From contig CAYOEQ010000001.1 in NCBI GenBank assembly GCA_964402775.1, forward strand, positions 1-56,737: a stretch of DNA of 56,737 nt, written 5' to 3'. The position numbers and the translations under genes were made by a program. The notes under the pieces were generated by a model. That model saw only the letters and a list, made by a program, of their open reading frames with translations, made no database searches and was not told the DNA's origin. Of this stretch, positions 1 through 8,110 are shown piece by piece. Every line of letters starts with the position of its first letter. Positions within the stretch are counted from its first letter, which is position 1. This DNA is from an uncultured Enterobacteriaceae bacterium. Its GTDB lineage: Bacteria > Pseudomonadota > Gammaproteobacteria > Eutrophobiales > Eutrophobiaceae.

Positions 1-2
1 AT

Positions 3-104
3 GATTTTCGCAACATGGACGTGGACGCCTGGCAAAAGGAAAAACTGACCCGCTTTGTCACCCTGCTGGGCAGCCTGGGGCAAATCCCGAAGCCCGGCGT
101 CTGA
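3..104 (+). CDS. 3' end of an unidentified CDS (partial, begins upstream of the window)
   Basis: The frame is open from the window edge to TGA at 102-104 (...DVDAWQKEKLTRFVTLLGSLGQIPKPGV*). Only 33 codons are visible and there is no diagnostic motif. Confidence 0.3.
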   Translation, partial: DFRNMDVDAWQKEKLTRFVTLLGSLGQIPKPGV

Positions 105-120
105 TGATCGGAAAAATCCA

Positions 121-140
121 GGGGTCAGAGTAAAATCCCC
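121..140. repeat. REP-like element family 1, half site overlapping the cysC 3' end
   Basis: GGGGTCAGAGTAAAATCCCC. Its reverse complement GGG ATT TTA CTC TGA encodes the last four cysC codons (G-I-L-L) and the stop. Confidence 0.75.
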
Positions 141-739
141 TTGTTCTTCATATAGTTGACGATGATATCGACTTCCTCTTCCAGCGTCATCCGGTCGGTG
201 TGGAGATGGATTTCCGGACTTTCCGGTTCCTCGTAAGGATCGTCAATCCCGGTAAAGTTCCTGATCTCCCCCGCCCGGGCTTTCTTGTACAGGCCCTTGG
301 GGTCGCGCTGCTCCGCCGTCTCCAGGGAACAATCAACATGAATTTCGATAAAATCAAACCCCACATCCCGGTGCAGTTCCCGTACCCGGTCACGGTCCGC
401 CCGGTAAGGGCTGATAAAAGCGGACAGGACCAGCAGGCCCGCATCCACAAACAGTTTCGAGATCTCGCCGATGCGGCGGATATTCTCCGTCCGGTCCTCC
501 GCGGAGAAACCCAGGTTCCTGTTTATCCCCATGCGGATATTGTCACCGTCCAGCCGGTAGCTCAGTTTCCCATGTTCGTAAAGAGCCGCCTCAAGCGCGA
601 CCGCAATGGTGCTCTTGCCGCTGCCCGACAAGCCGGTAAACCAGAGTGTCGCTCCTTTCTGCCCCAGCAGACGGTTCCGGTCCGCGCGGGTGATGTCTCC
701 TTCATGCCAGTGAACATTGGTCGCTTTTTGTTTTGTCAT
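125..739 (-). CDS. cysC: adenylylsulfate (APS) kinase
   Basis: These are the last 204 codons of the over-extended ORF 125..1591, with ATG at 737-739. P-loop GLSGSGKST is present, with APS-kinase-type motifs [19 protein letters not shown] and [12 protein letters not shown]. The length is typical for CysC. Confidence 0.9.
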   Translation of the reverse strand: MTKQKATNVHWHEGDITRADRNRLLGQKGATLWFTGLSGSGKSTIAVALEAALYEHGKLSYRLDGDNIRMGINRNLGFSAEDRTENIRRIGEISKLFVDAGLLVLSAFISPYRADRDRVRELHRDVGFDFIEIHVDCSLETAEQRDPKGLYKKARAGEIRNFTGIDDPYEEPESPEIHLHTDRMTLEEEVDIIVNYMKNKGILL

Positions 740-838
740 GTTTTGTGCCCGTGTATCACAGTATTGGTTGAGCGGATCAGCGTAAAACAGTTTAACATGT
801 AGCATTATCCGGGATATATCCGGGCGGTTGTAAAGAAA

Positions 839-2020
839 GTGAATAACGACAGAAAACCGGTAGTCATCAGTTACGCAGCCAGCAAAGTGGGACGGCTGGA
901 ACAGGCGCGGTTCGAGCATGAAATCCTGGCAGACCTGGTGATCGATGCCGTGCGCTCTGCCGGCCTTGACAAGGCCGATATCGGCTCCGCCGTATTTACC
1001 GTACCGACGCCTGCCACGCGCCAGCGGGCCTTCGCCACGTTCATGACGAGCCGGCTCGGGCTGCGTTGTCACGAACAGATCGCCGAAGTCACAAACCTGG
1101 GCATTACCGGCGGCCTGGCCTTCGACCAGGCCTGCGCCGATGTCCGGAGCGGACGGGTCAAAGCTGCGCTCGCGCTGGGCATAGAGTACAACTCCGCCGT
1201 CGATGCCGCGACCATGATGGAACAGGGGATCCGGGCCGCCGGTGACGTGAATTTCCAGACACCCTTCGGCCTGACGCCTATCGCCTGGTACGCGCTGGAC
1301 GCCGACCGTTACCTGTACGAGACCGGGACCACCCGGCGCGATCTTGCCGAAATCGCAGTCAAGAACCGCCGCCACGCCATGCTCAACCCCCTGGCCCAGT
1401 TTCAGACCCCGCTGACTGTTGAAGACGTCATGGAACAACCCCCGATTGTTGAACCGCTGGGGCGTTACGACGTGCCCGCGCGCAGCGATGGAGCTATCTG
1501 CCTGGTCGTCACGTCGGAAGCGATCGCGCGCGGTCTGGACAAACCCTTTCTGCGCGTACTGGGGCGCGGGTTTGCCCACGACGGGCGCCACCAGATGGGA
1601 TCATCCCCTCATGAGATCGCCGATTTTCCCGCTGCCCGGCAGGCGACGGCAACGGCCCTGGAAGACGCCGCCGTTAACCTCGAACAAGTAGATGTCGCCG
1701 AGCTGTATGCCCCCTGCACGATCACGGAAGCGCTTGTCGTCGAAGCAATCGGGCTGGCGGAAAAAGGCAGGGGGGCGCTCGCGGCGGGCGCAGGCGAGAC
1801 AGCCATCGGCGGGCGTATCCCGGTATGCACGTCCGGCGGCTGCCTGTCCCGTGGGCATCCGCCCGGTCTGACCGCACTGTACGGTATCGCCGAACTGTTC
1901 GACCAGCTCCTGCACAGGGCGGGCAAACGCCAGGTTGCCGGCGCCGGCCTGGGACTGCACCTGTGCGAACTGGGAAATTACAACGCCGCCCTCGCCCACG
2001 TGATGGACGCAGGTAACTGA
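839..2020 (+). CDS. thiolase-fold protein (SCP-x / lipid-transfer-protein-like), apparently lacking the nucleophilic Cys
   Basis: 393 aa with a GTG start. Thiolase C-terminal pattern [21 protein letters not shown] is present. The segment that aligns by eye to the thiolase N-A-C-A-S-G nucleophile motif reads N-L-G-I-T-G (Gly codon at 1100-1102). The stop lies 2 nt before the DUF35 gene. Confidence 0.85.
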   Translation: MNNDRKPVVISYAASKVGRLEQARFEHEILADLVIDAVRSAGLDKADIGSAVFTVPTPATRQRAFATFMTSRLGLRCHEQIAEVTNLGITGGLAFDQACADVRSGRVKAALALGIEYNSAVDAATMMEQGIRAAGDVNFQTPFGLTPIAWYALDADRYLYETGTTRRDLAEIAVKNRRHAMLNPLAQFQTPLTVEDVMEQPPIVEPLGRYDVPARSDGAICLVVTSEAIARGLDKPFLRVLGRGFAHDGRHQMGSSPHEIADFPAARQATATALEDAAVNLEQVDVAELYAPCTITEALVVEAIGLAEKGRGALAAGAGETAIGGRIPVCTSGGCLSRGHPPGLTALYGIAELFDQLLHRAGKRQVAGAGLGLHLCELGNYNAALAHVMDAGN

Positions 2021-2022
2021 CC

Positions 2023-2436
2023 ATGGAAATCATCAAGGTCCGGAAATGCCTCCCCATCGTGCCGGAATACTCCGCGTTCACGGAAACGTTTCGCCAGGGA
2101 CTTGAGGCAGGAAAGTTTATGACAACTACCTGCTCCTCATGCGGCAGCATTACGTTTCCACCGAAACAACACTGCCCGGACTGCTGGTCGGCCGGGATGG
2201 AGTGGACCGAGCTGTCGGGTAACGGCATCCTGTACGCGAGAACGACCATCCATGCCGCGGCCACACAATTCCGGGACGAAGTACCGTTCAGCGTCGGCAT
2301 CGTGGACCTCACGGAAGGCGTAAGACTGGTCGCGGGTTTAATCGATGAGCCGGTACGGATCGCAAATGATGCTGAAATCCGACTCGTAATCCTTTCATAC
2401 GATGACGGGTTGTTATTCGCGGCAAAACCGGCATAA
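2023..2436 (+). CDS. DUF35 (Zn-ribbon + OB-fold) protein, partner of SCP-x-type thiolases
   Basis: 137 aa. Four-Cys ribbon CSSCGS...CPDCW is followed by an OB-fold-like C-terminus. It is tightly coupled to the upstream thiolase-fold gene. Confidence 0.85.
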   Translation: MEIIKVRKCLPIVPEYSAFTETFRQGLEAGKFMTTTCSSCGSITFPPKQHCPDCWSAGMEWTELSGNGILYARTTIHAAATQFRDEVPFSVGIVDLTEGVRLVAGLIDEPVRIANDAEIRLVILSYDDGLLFAAKPA

Positions 2437-2445
2437 CGGATATTT

Positions 2446-2460
2446 GGGGTCAGAGTAAAA
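2446..2460. repeat. REP-like element family 1, half site (GGGGTCAGAGTAAAA)
   Basis: Exact family-1 arm, 10 nt after the DUF35 stop. No matching right arm nearby. Confidence 0.7.
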
Positions 2461-2483
2461 ATACAGTCGGATTGGACGTCGTT

Positions 2484-2507
2484 GGGGACAGAATTAATTC
2501 TGTCCCC
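2484..2507. repeat. hairpin family 2 (GGGGACAGA...TCTGTCCCC)
   Basis: Perfect 24-nt palindrome GGGGACAGAATTAATTCTGTCCCC. Related copies lie at 23855-23879 and 46041-46065. Confidence 0.75.
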
Positions 2508-2531
2508 GGAAGTTACACAGCAAATATGATA

Positions 2532-2628
2532 CGGTTATCCTGCATAGGGAAAATGCGGCATTGCATAAATTTCTGCCAGGATAAGGTACTAGAATAAATT
2601 GTGTGGTCTTGTTTCTACGGGGGTCCTT
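2532..2628 (+). promoter_or_regulatory. conserved upstream leader/promoter region of TonB receptor A (copy 1 of 2)
   Basis: About 89 percent identical without indels to 5598-5694, upstream of the paralogous receptor. Contains inverted repeat TTATCCTG...CAGGATAA, conserved in both copies. Confidence 0.5.
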
Positions 2629-4992
2629 GTGGATAAAAAGTATTTATTTGTCATATCCGGTTTCCTTCTCATGCTGGTTTCCACCTTGTCCGGCGCCCAG
2701 GCGGTGCTGGAAGAGGTCGTGGTGACCGCCCAGAAACGCGAACAGTCCATCCAGGACGTGCCTATCTCAATAACGGCCATCAGCGGGGAAAATCTATCTG
2801 CAAATATTGTACAAGATGTTTTTGACCTCCGTGCAACTGTGCCCGCGCTTGAAATCAGGGGTATTGATCCACCCAGCCAGGGTGCGGCTTTTGCCATTCG
2901 TGGATTGGGGTCTTCTGTTTTTAACATGGGGTTTGAACCGACTGTCGGTACTTTTATCGATGGTGTGTATGTGAGTCGCTCCGGCCTTGTGGCGAGCAAT
3001 GACCTGCTAGACCTGGACAGGGTAGAGGTATTAAAAGGCCCGCAAGGCACCCTGTTCGGAAAAAACACCACTGGCGGCGTTGTCCATTTCATTACGAATA
3101 AACCCTCGTTCGATGAGATGGAAGGCTTCGCCGAAGTCACATATCAGGAATATGACCAGGTCAGGGTCAGAGGCGTTTTAAACATGCCTGTGCAGGACAA
3201 TTTTGCTGCTCGTATAGCTGGTTCTTATCACACCGGAGATGGCTATCTTGATAACGCGAATGGCGATGATCTCAATGATCGGGATCGTTTCACCATTCGC
3301 GGGCAGTTATTATGGGAACCGGATGCAGACTTGAGCATACGGGTCATTGCTGATTACAGTGAAGTGGATGAAAACTGTTGCTGGGCAGTAAGACATACCA
3401 ACAACCCGCTTAACCCTGTTGTGAATGCGCCTTTGGCTGCCGCTATCGGCTCCAATCTTATTGATCCTCCCGATGTGGATAATCTCAGAGTAGCCTCTAA
3501 TGGCGATCTGTTATTTGATGCCGAAGACTTTGGTATATCGGGCGAAATCAACTGGCAATTGGGTGATTTAACGCTGACGTCAATCTCTGCATACAGGGAC
3601 TACCAGGATGTGACCATCAAGGACAATGACTTTACCGGTGTGGACATGCTGATAAATACGGATACCCTGCCGGAAGTGAGCATAGTCTCGGAAGAATTCC
3701 GTATTGCCGGGGTGAGCGAGGACATTGGATTTGCCCGGTCGCTTGACTGGGTCGTCGGATTCTACTATGCCAACGAGAAGATTCAGCGTACCCGGGAATT
3801 TGTCTGGGGGTCACAAATTACCGCATTTCCATTTTTCGCTCCTGGTTTGTTCGGCAATGTCCCGGGCCGGGCTTTCTTCGATGAATTCAGCCAGGAGGTA
3901 GACACCGTAGCCGGTTTCGGCCATATCACCATCGACATCAACGATAAACTGTCACTGACTGGCGGCATCCGTTATACCAATGACGAAAAGAGCGCCAGCC
4001 ACAGGGGGCAGACGGGTATTCCGGCAGCGCCATTCAATAACCTGCCGCTTGCAGTAGTGCATGATTTCGATGTTACCAGGGAAGACAGTGAGGCAACAGG
4101 CACTGCCAGTATTCAATACCGGGTAACGGATAATGTGATGGGTTTCTTCACCTACAGCCGCGGTTATAAATCCGGTGGCATCAGCCTGAACAGGGATGCT
4201 GCCGGTAACGCACTGAGCCTGGGCGACCCGTTCCTGGGATGTCCTCCCGGAGGCGCCCCCGTGCCCGCATCTCCATTCTGCGCTTTCCCACCGGCTGATC
4301 CTACATTCGAACCCGAATTTGCCGACCATTACGAAATCGGATTCAAAAGCACATTGTTTGGCGGCCGGATGCGGTTAAATGCATCACTCTGGAAAACAGA
4401 GTTTGAAGGCCTGCAACTCCAGACATTAAGAAGGGACGGCTCTTTTCAGGTCATAAACGTAGCAGGAGCAACTTCCCAGGGTATTGAGGCAGACGTAAAT
4501 CTTGCCGCGACAGATTACCTCGATGTCTTTTTCGCCGTACAGTTTCTGGATGCGGATTTTGCTGATGAAGTTCCGGGGCTCACACCGGGATTGCCGGCGC
4601 TGGGCGGTCAGGATATACCTTTCGCTTCTGACATTACCGGAAATCTTGGCGCTAATCTCAGCTTGCCAATCGGTGATAGTGGCTGGGACTTTTTCCTGAA
4701 TGGCAACCTGTTTTTCCGGACCGAGTATTTTTCCTTCACGGAACCGGACCCTGCGCGCACCCAGGAACCATATGAATTACTGAGTCTTCGGGGTGGCGTG
4801 AATTCACCTGACGGGAAATGGGAACTCGCAGTGTGGTGCCGTAACTGCACCGATGAAAGGTATAAATACAGTGATTTCGCTATTCCTTTTGACGGTGCGA
4901 TACTGGCCTTTCCGGGAACCTCTCTGGGAACCCTCTGGTCACATTACGGCGCGCCAAGATTTGTAGGGGTAACAGGCACTTTCCGTTTCTAA
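2629..4992 (+). CDS. TonB-dependent receptor (paralog A)
   Basis: Signal peptide, then plug N-terminus LEEVVVTAQKREQSIQDVPISI and VEVLKGPQGTLFGKNTTGG. The long beta-barrel ends ...TGTFRF. I placed the start at GTG 2629 by homology with the paralog start; the ORF track begins at 2599. Confidence 0.9.
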   Translation: MDKKYLFVISGFLLMLVSTLSGAQAVLEEVVVTAQKREQSIQDVPISITAISGENLSANIVQDVFDLRATVPALEIRGIDPPSQGAAFAIRGLGSSVFNMGFEPTVGTFIDGVYVSRSGLVASNDLLDLDRVEVLKGPQGTLFGKNTTGGVVHFITNKPSFDEMEGFAEVTYQEYDQVRVRGVLNMPVQDNFAARIAGSYHTGDGYLDNANGDDLNDRDRFTIRGQLLWEPDADLSIRVIADYSEVDENCCWAVRHTNNPLNPVVNAPLAAAIGSNLIDPPDVDNLRVASNGDLLFDAEDFGISGEINWQLGDLTLTSISAYRDYQDVTIKDNDFTGVDMLINTDTLPEVSIVSEEFRIAGVSEDIGFARSLDWVVGFYYANEKIQRTREFVWGSQITAFPFFAPGLFGNVPGRAFFDEFSQEVDTVAGFGHITIDINDKLSLTGGIRYTNDEKSASHRGQTGIPAAPFNNLPLAVVHDFDVTREDSEATGTASIQYRVTDNVMGFFTYSRGYKSGGISLNRDAAGNALSLGDPFLGCPPGGAPVPASPFCAFPPADPTFEPEFADHYEIGFKSTLFGGRMRLNASLWKTEFEGLQLQTLRRDGSFQVINVAGATSQGIEADVNLAATDYLDVFFAVQFLDADFADEVPGLTPGLPALGGQDIPFASDITGNLGANLSLPIGDSGWDFFLNGNLFFRTEYFSFTEPDPARTQEPYELLSLRGGVNSPDGKWELAVWCRNCTDERYKYSDFAIPFDGAILAFPGTSLGTLWSHYGAPRFVGVTGTFRF

Positions 4993-5059
4993 TCCTGGAG
5001 GCGTTAAACATAGCTAAAGTCTATCCGCACAATTCGGTTAACAGGTGGAGTAATTTGAT

Positions 5060-5584
5060 ATGACAGACAGTTATACCTATTCGCGGAGTTTATTTGGTTA
5101 TATATTGATACCCCTGATACTTTTATTTTTTTCCCAGGCAAGCCCGGGTGATGACGCTCGTGCAATACTTTCACCGGAGGAAAAACACAACAAGCTGGTA
5201 ATTGCAAAGGCAATTGTAGATGTCCTTAACAAGGGTCAATTTGAAATAGTCGATGAGTTATTCGCAGATGAACTGGTCGAACATGATCCGTATCAGACTA
5301 AAACGAAGTCCCCTAAAGAGTCCTTCATAGCCGCAGTAAAAACTTTTCGCTCTGCCTTCCCCGATGGCATTATGACTATCGAGAAACAAATTGCCGAGGG
5401 TGACTTTGTATCAACGAGGTGGAGTAAAACCGGCACTCACAAGGGTGAGTTTATGGGGATCCCTCCCACAAACCGCAAAATAACATTTACCGGAATATTT
5501 TTTGACAGGCTTGAAAATGGCAAGATCGTTGAGACTTGGGCAAACTACGACCTTTTCGGATTGTTACAACAAATTAGCGAGTAG
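5060..5584 (+). CDS. secreted SnoaL-like / ester-cyclase-type NTF2-fold protein
   Basis: 174 aa, with SD GGTGGAG upstream. Signal peptide ...LLFFSQASPG. SnoaL/ester-cyclase pattern FRSAFPDG...IAEGDFVSTRW...GTHKGEFMGIPPTNRKITFTGIFFDRLENGKIVETWANYD. Confidence 0.85.
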   Translation: MTDSYTYSRSLFGYILIPLILLFFSQASPGDDARAILSPEEKHNKLVIAKAIVDVLNKGQFEIVDELFADELVEHDPYQTKTKSPKESFIAAVKTFRSAFPDGIMTIEKQIAEGDFVSTRWSKTGTHKGEFMGIPPTNRKITFTGIFFDRLENGKIVETWANYDLFGLLQQISE

Positions 5585-5597
5585 CCCGGATTTCATG

Positions 5598-5694
5598 CGG
5601 TTATCCTGCATAGCGAAAGTACGGCATTGCATAAATTTTTGCTAGGATAAGGTACTAGAATAGATAATGTAGTCTTGTCTCTACGGGGGTCGTT
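5598..5694 (+). promoter_or_regulatory. conserved upstream leader/promoter region of TonB receptor B (copy 2 of 2)
   Basis: Paralogous to 2532-2628 (about 11 mismatches in about 100 nt, no indels), with the same TTATCCTG...(T)AGGATAA inverted repeat. Confidence 0.5.
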
Positions 5695-8091
5695 GTGGAT
5701 AAAAAGTATCTGTTACCTGTCATACCCGGTTTCCTTCTCATGCTGGTTTCCTCCTTGTCCGGCGCCCAGGCGGTGCTGGAAGAGGTCGTGGTGACCGCCC
5801 AGAAACGCGAACAGTCGATCCAGGACGTGCCTATTTCAGTCAGTGCGCTCAGCAATGAAGACCTGGCGGCTAACCTCGTGACCGATGTCTTTGATTTACG
5901 TCAGGCCGTACCGGCGCTGGAAGTACGAACGGTTGACCCACCTTCCCAGGGTGCGTCATTCTCGTTGCGCGGGCTCGGGACGTCAGTGTTTAACATGGGT
6001 TTCGAACCGACTGTGGCCACATTTATCGACGGAGTCTACCGTAGCCGCAGTGGCCTGACCACCGTGTTTGACCTGTTTGATCTTGACCGGGTAGAAGTAC
6101 TCAAAGGCCCCCAAGGCACCCTGTTCGGCAAGAACTCAACGGCCGGCGTCGTGCATTTCATTACCAAAAAGCCGGAAATGGGTGAGTTTGACATGATGGC
6201 CCAGGCCACCTATGAGGAGCATGATCGCTTCCGTTTCAACGGCATGGTGAACGTCCCCGTGAGTGAGACACTGGCCGCGCGTCTGTCCGCTTCAGTCGGC
6301 ACCGGTGACGGCTGGATCGATAACCTCTCAACCGGTAAGGACGAACGCGACCTGGACCGCTGGACCGTCAAAGGCCAGTTGTTGTGGGAACCCGATGAGA
6401 ACCTGAGTGTGCGTCTGTCCGCAGATTACAGCGAAGTGGATGAGGTCTGCTGCCAGCCACTGGATTTCATTAGCGACCCGTTTGTGCCGCTCGTGAATCT
6501 GCCCCTGGCGCAAGCCAACGGCGCCACTGAGAAACACCCGGCGGACATTGACGACCTTGAATCGGCGTCCAACTTTGGATCAACCTGGGACGCTGAAGAC
6601 CGCGGTTTTTCCGCGGAGGTCAACTGGGATATCGGAAATGTGACACTGACGTCAATCACGGCTTACCGGGATTATGAGGATATCAACATCAAGGATAACG
6701 ATTTCGGTGGCGTAGATATCCTGCGTACACAACAAAACATGCCGGAGATCAGTCTGTTTTCGGAGGAGTTCCGCATCCGTGGCCTGCTTGAGGGTATTCC
6801 CTTTGGGCAATCTCTCGATTGGACACTGGGCATCTACTACGCGAACGAAGATATTGAACGCTCCAATGAATTCATCTGGGCATCACAGATCACGTCGCTT
6901 CCCCAGTTCCCGCCTTTTCTTCCTCCTGGCTTCTTTGGCGGCCAACCCGGACGCGCCTTTTTGGCGAGCTTCAAGCACGAAGACGAGACTTTTGCAATAT
7001 TCGCACACGGAACCCTGGATGTGACTGACAAGCTAGCCATCACCGGTGGCTTCCGCTGGACGCGTGATGAGAAGAAAGCAAGCGCGGTCAATGATCATCC
7101 AGCCAACAATGTCGGCTTTCTCGGTCTGGGGTTTCCTCCTTTCAACTTCAATTCGTTCCCGTTGCCGGTCGTCCATGACTATACGGCAGAGACGGAGAAC
7201 GAGGAACCCACCGGGACTGCGAGTATCCAGTATAACTGGACCGACAACATTATGACTTTCTTTACTTACAGCCACGGCTTCAAGGCTGGAGGCATAAGTC
7301 TCACAAGGGATGCGGCCGGACCGATGATTGCGCTGGGGTCACCCGCAGGATGCCCACCCGGCGGCACTCCGGTTGGCCCGGTGTGCAATTTTGCCGTTGC
7401 CGGAGATCCGACCTTCCGTCCGGAATTTGCAGACCACTACGAGATTGGCGTCAAGTCAACCCTGCTCAATGACCGCTTGCGCCTGAATATAGCGGCATGG
7501 CGTACCGATTTCGAGGATTTGCAGGTCCAGACACTACAGCCGGCTGGTAACTTCGCAGTCGATAATATTGCCGGCGCCCGCTCCCAGGGGGTGGAGGCCG
7601 AGGGTAACCTGCTGGTTACCGATGGGTTGCGGATCAATGCCTCACTACAGTGGCTGGATGCGACCTTTGATAAGGGGATAGGACCGTTGACTCCGGGTCC
7701 GGGATTTATCCCGTTGGGAGGCGAGAACCTGCCGTTCTCCTCGGAATGGACCGGTACTGTGGGCGCCCTCTTTGAACAACCTCTTGCCGATACCGGCTGG
7801 GAATTGTTTCTTGGCGGCAACGTGTTCTTCCGCAGTGAGCAATATAACTTTACCGAACCTCGCTACGACCGCAAATTAAGTGGCTACGAACTCCTTAACC
7901 TGTATGGTGGACTCCGCTCCTCAGACGGCAAGTGGGAGGTGAAGGGCTGGTGTCGCAACTGCGCCGATAAGCGTTATACCTGGAGCCAGTTCACAATCCC
8001 GTTTGATGGAACAATCCTGGGCCATTCAAGCCTCTGGTCGCACCCTGCGCCGCCTCGTTTCATAGGGGGCACAGTCACCCTCCGCTACTGA
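5695..8091 (+). CDS. TonB-dependent receptor (paralog B)
   Basis: 798 aa with a GTG start. It has the same N-terminal plug motif as paralog A, VEVLKGPQGTLFGKNSTAG, and a C-terminal ...TVTLRY. Confidence 0.9.
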   Translation: MDKKYLLPVIPGFLLMLVSSLSGAQAVLEEVVVTAQKREQSIQDVPISVSALSNEDLAANLVTDVFDLRQAVPALEVRTVDPPSQGASFSLRGLGTSVFNMGFEPTVATFIDGVYRSRSGLTTVFDLFDLDRVEVLKGPQGTLFGKNSTAGVVHFITKKPEMGEFDMMAQATYEEHDRFRFNGMVNVPVSETLAARLSASVGTGDGWIDNLSTGKDERDLDRWTVKGQLLWEPDENLSVRLSADYSEVDEVCCQPLDFISDPFVPLVNLPLAQANGATEKHPADIDDLESASNFGSTWDAEDRGFSAEVNWDIGNVTLTSITAYRDYEDINIKDNDFGGVDILRTQQNMPEISLFSEEFRIRGLLEGIPFGQSLDWTLGIYYANEDIERSNEFIWASQITSLPQFPPFLPPGFFGGQPGRAFLASFKHEDETFAIFAHGTLDVTDKLAITGGFRWTRDEKKASAVNDHPANNVGFLGLGFPPFNFNSFPLPVVHDYTAETENEEPTGTASIQYNWTDNIMTFFTYSHGFKAGGISLTRDAAGPMIALGSPAGCPPGGTPVGPVCNFAVAGDPTFRPEFADHYEIGVKSTLLNDRLRLNIAAWRTDFEDLQVQTLQPAGNFAVDNIAGARSQGVEAEGNLLVTDGLRINASLQWLDATFDKGIGPLTPGPGFIPLGGENLPFSSEWTGTVGALFEQPLADTGWELFLGGNVFFRSEQYNFTEPRYDRKLSGYELLNLYGGLRSSDGKWEVKGWCRNCADKRYTWSQFTIPFDGTILGHSSLWSHPAPPRFIGGTVTLRY

Positions 8092-8110
8092 AGACAGTTC
8101 CTCCTGCGGA

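Noticed and set aside
807-823. Direct repeat ATCCGGG-tat-ATCCGGG in the cysC/thiolase divergent region as a regulator binding site
   Set aside because: It is a short motif in GC-rich DNA with no second occurrence in the window and no associated regulator. I cannot distinguish it from chance without comparative data.
740-1591. N-terminal 284-codon extension of the cysC ORF (ORF track 125..1591, 488 aa)
   Set aside because: It runs antisense through the well-supported thiolase-fold gene and has no recognisable motifs. The APS kinase domain is complete from the ATG at 739.
2599-2628. ORF-track N-terminal extensions (2599 for receptor A, 20511 for the FAD oxidase, 26370 for receptor C, 43566 for the SpdH-like protein, 48980 for the kinase)
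   Set aside because: The extensions overlap neighbouring genes or precede obvious signal/Tat peptides. Internal starts have better context (paralog alignment, SD sequences, ATGA/GTGA coupling).
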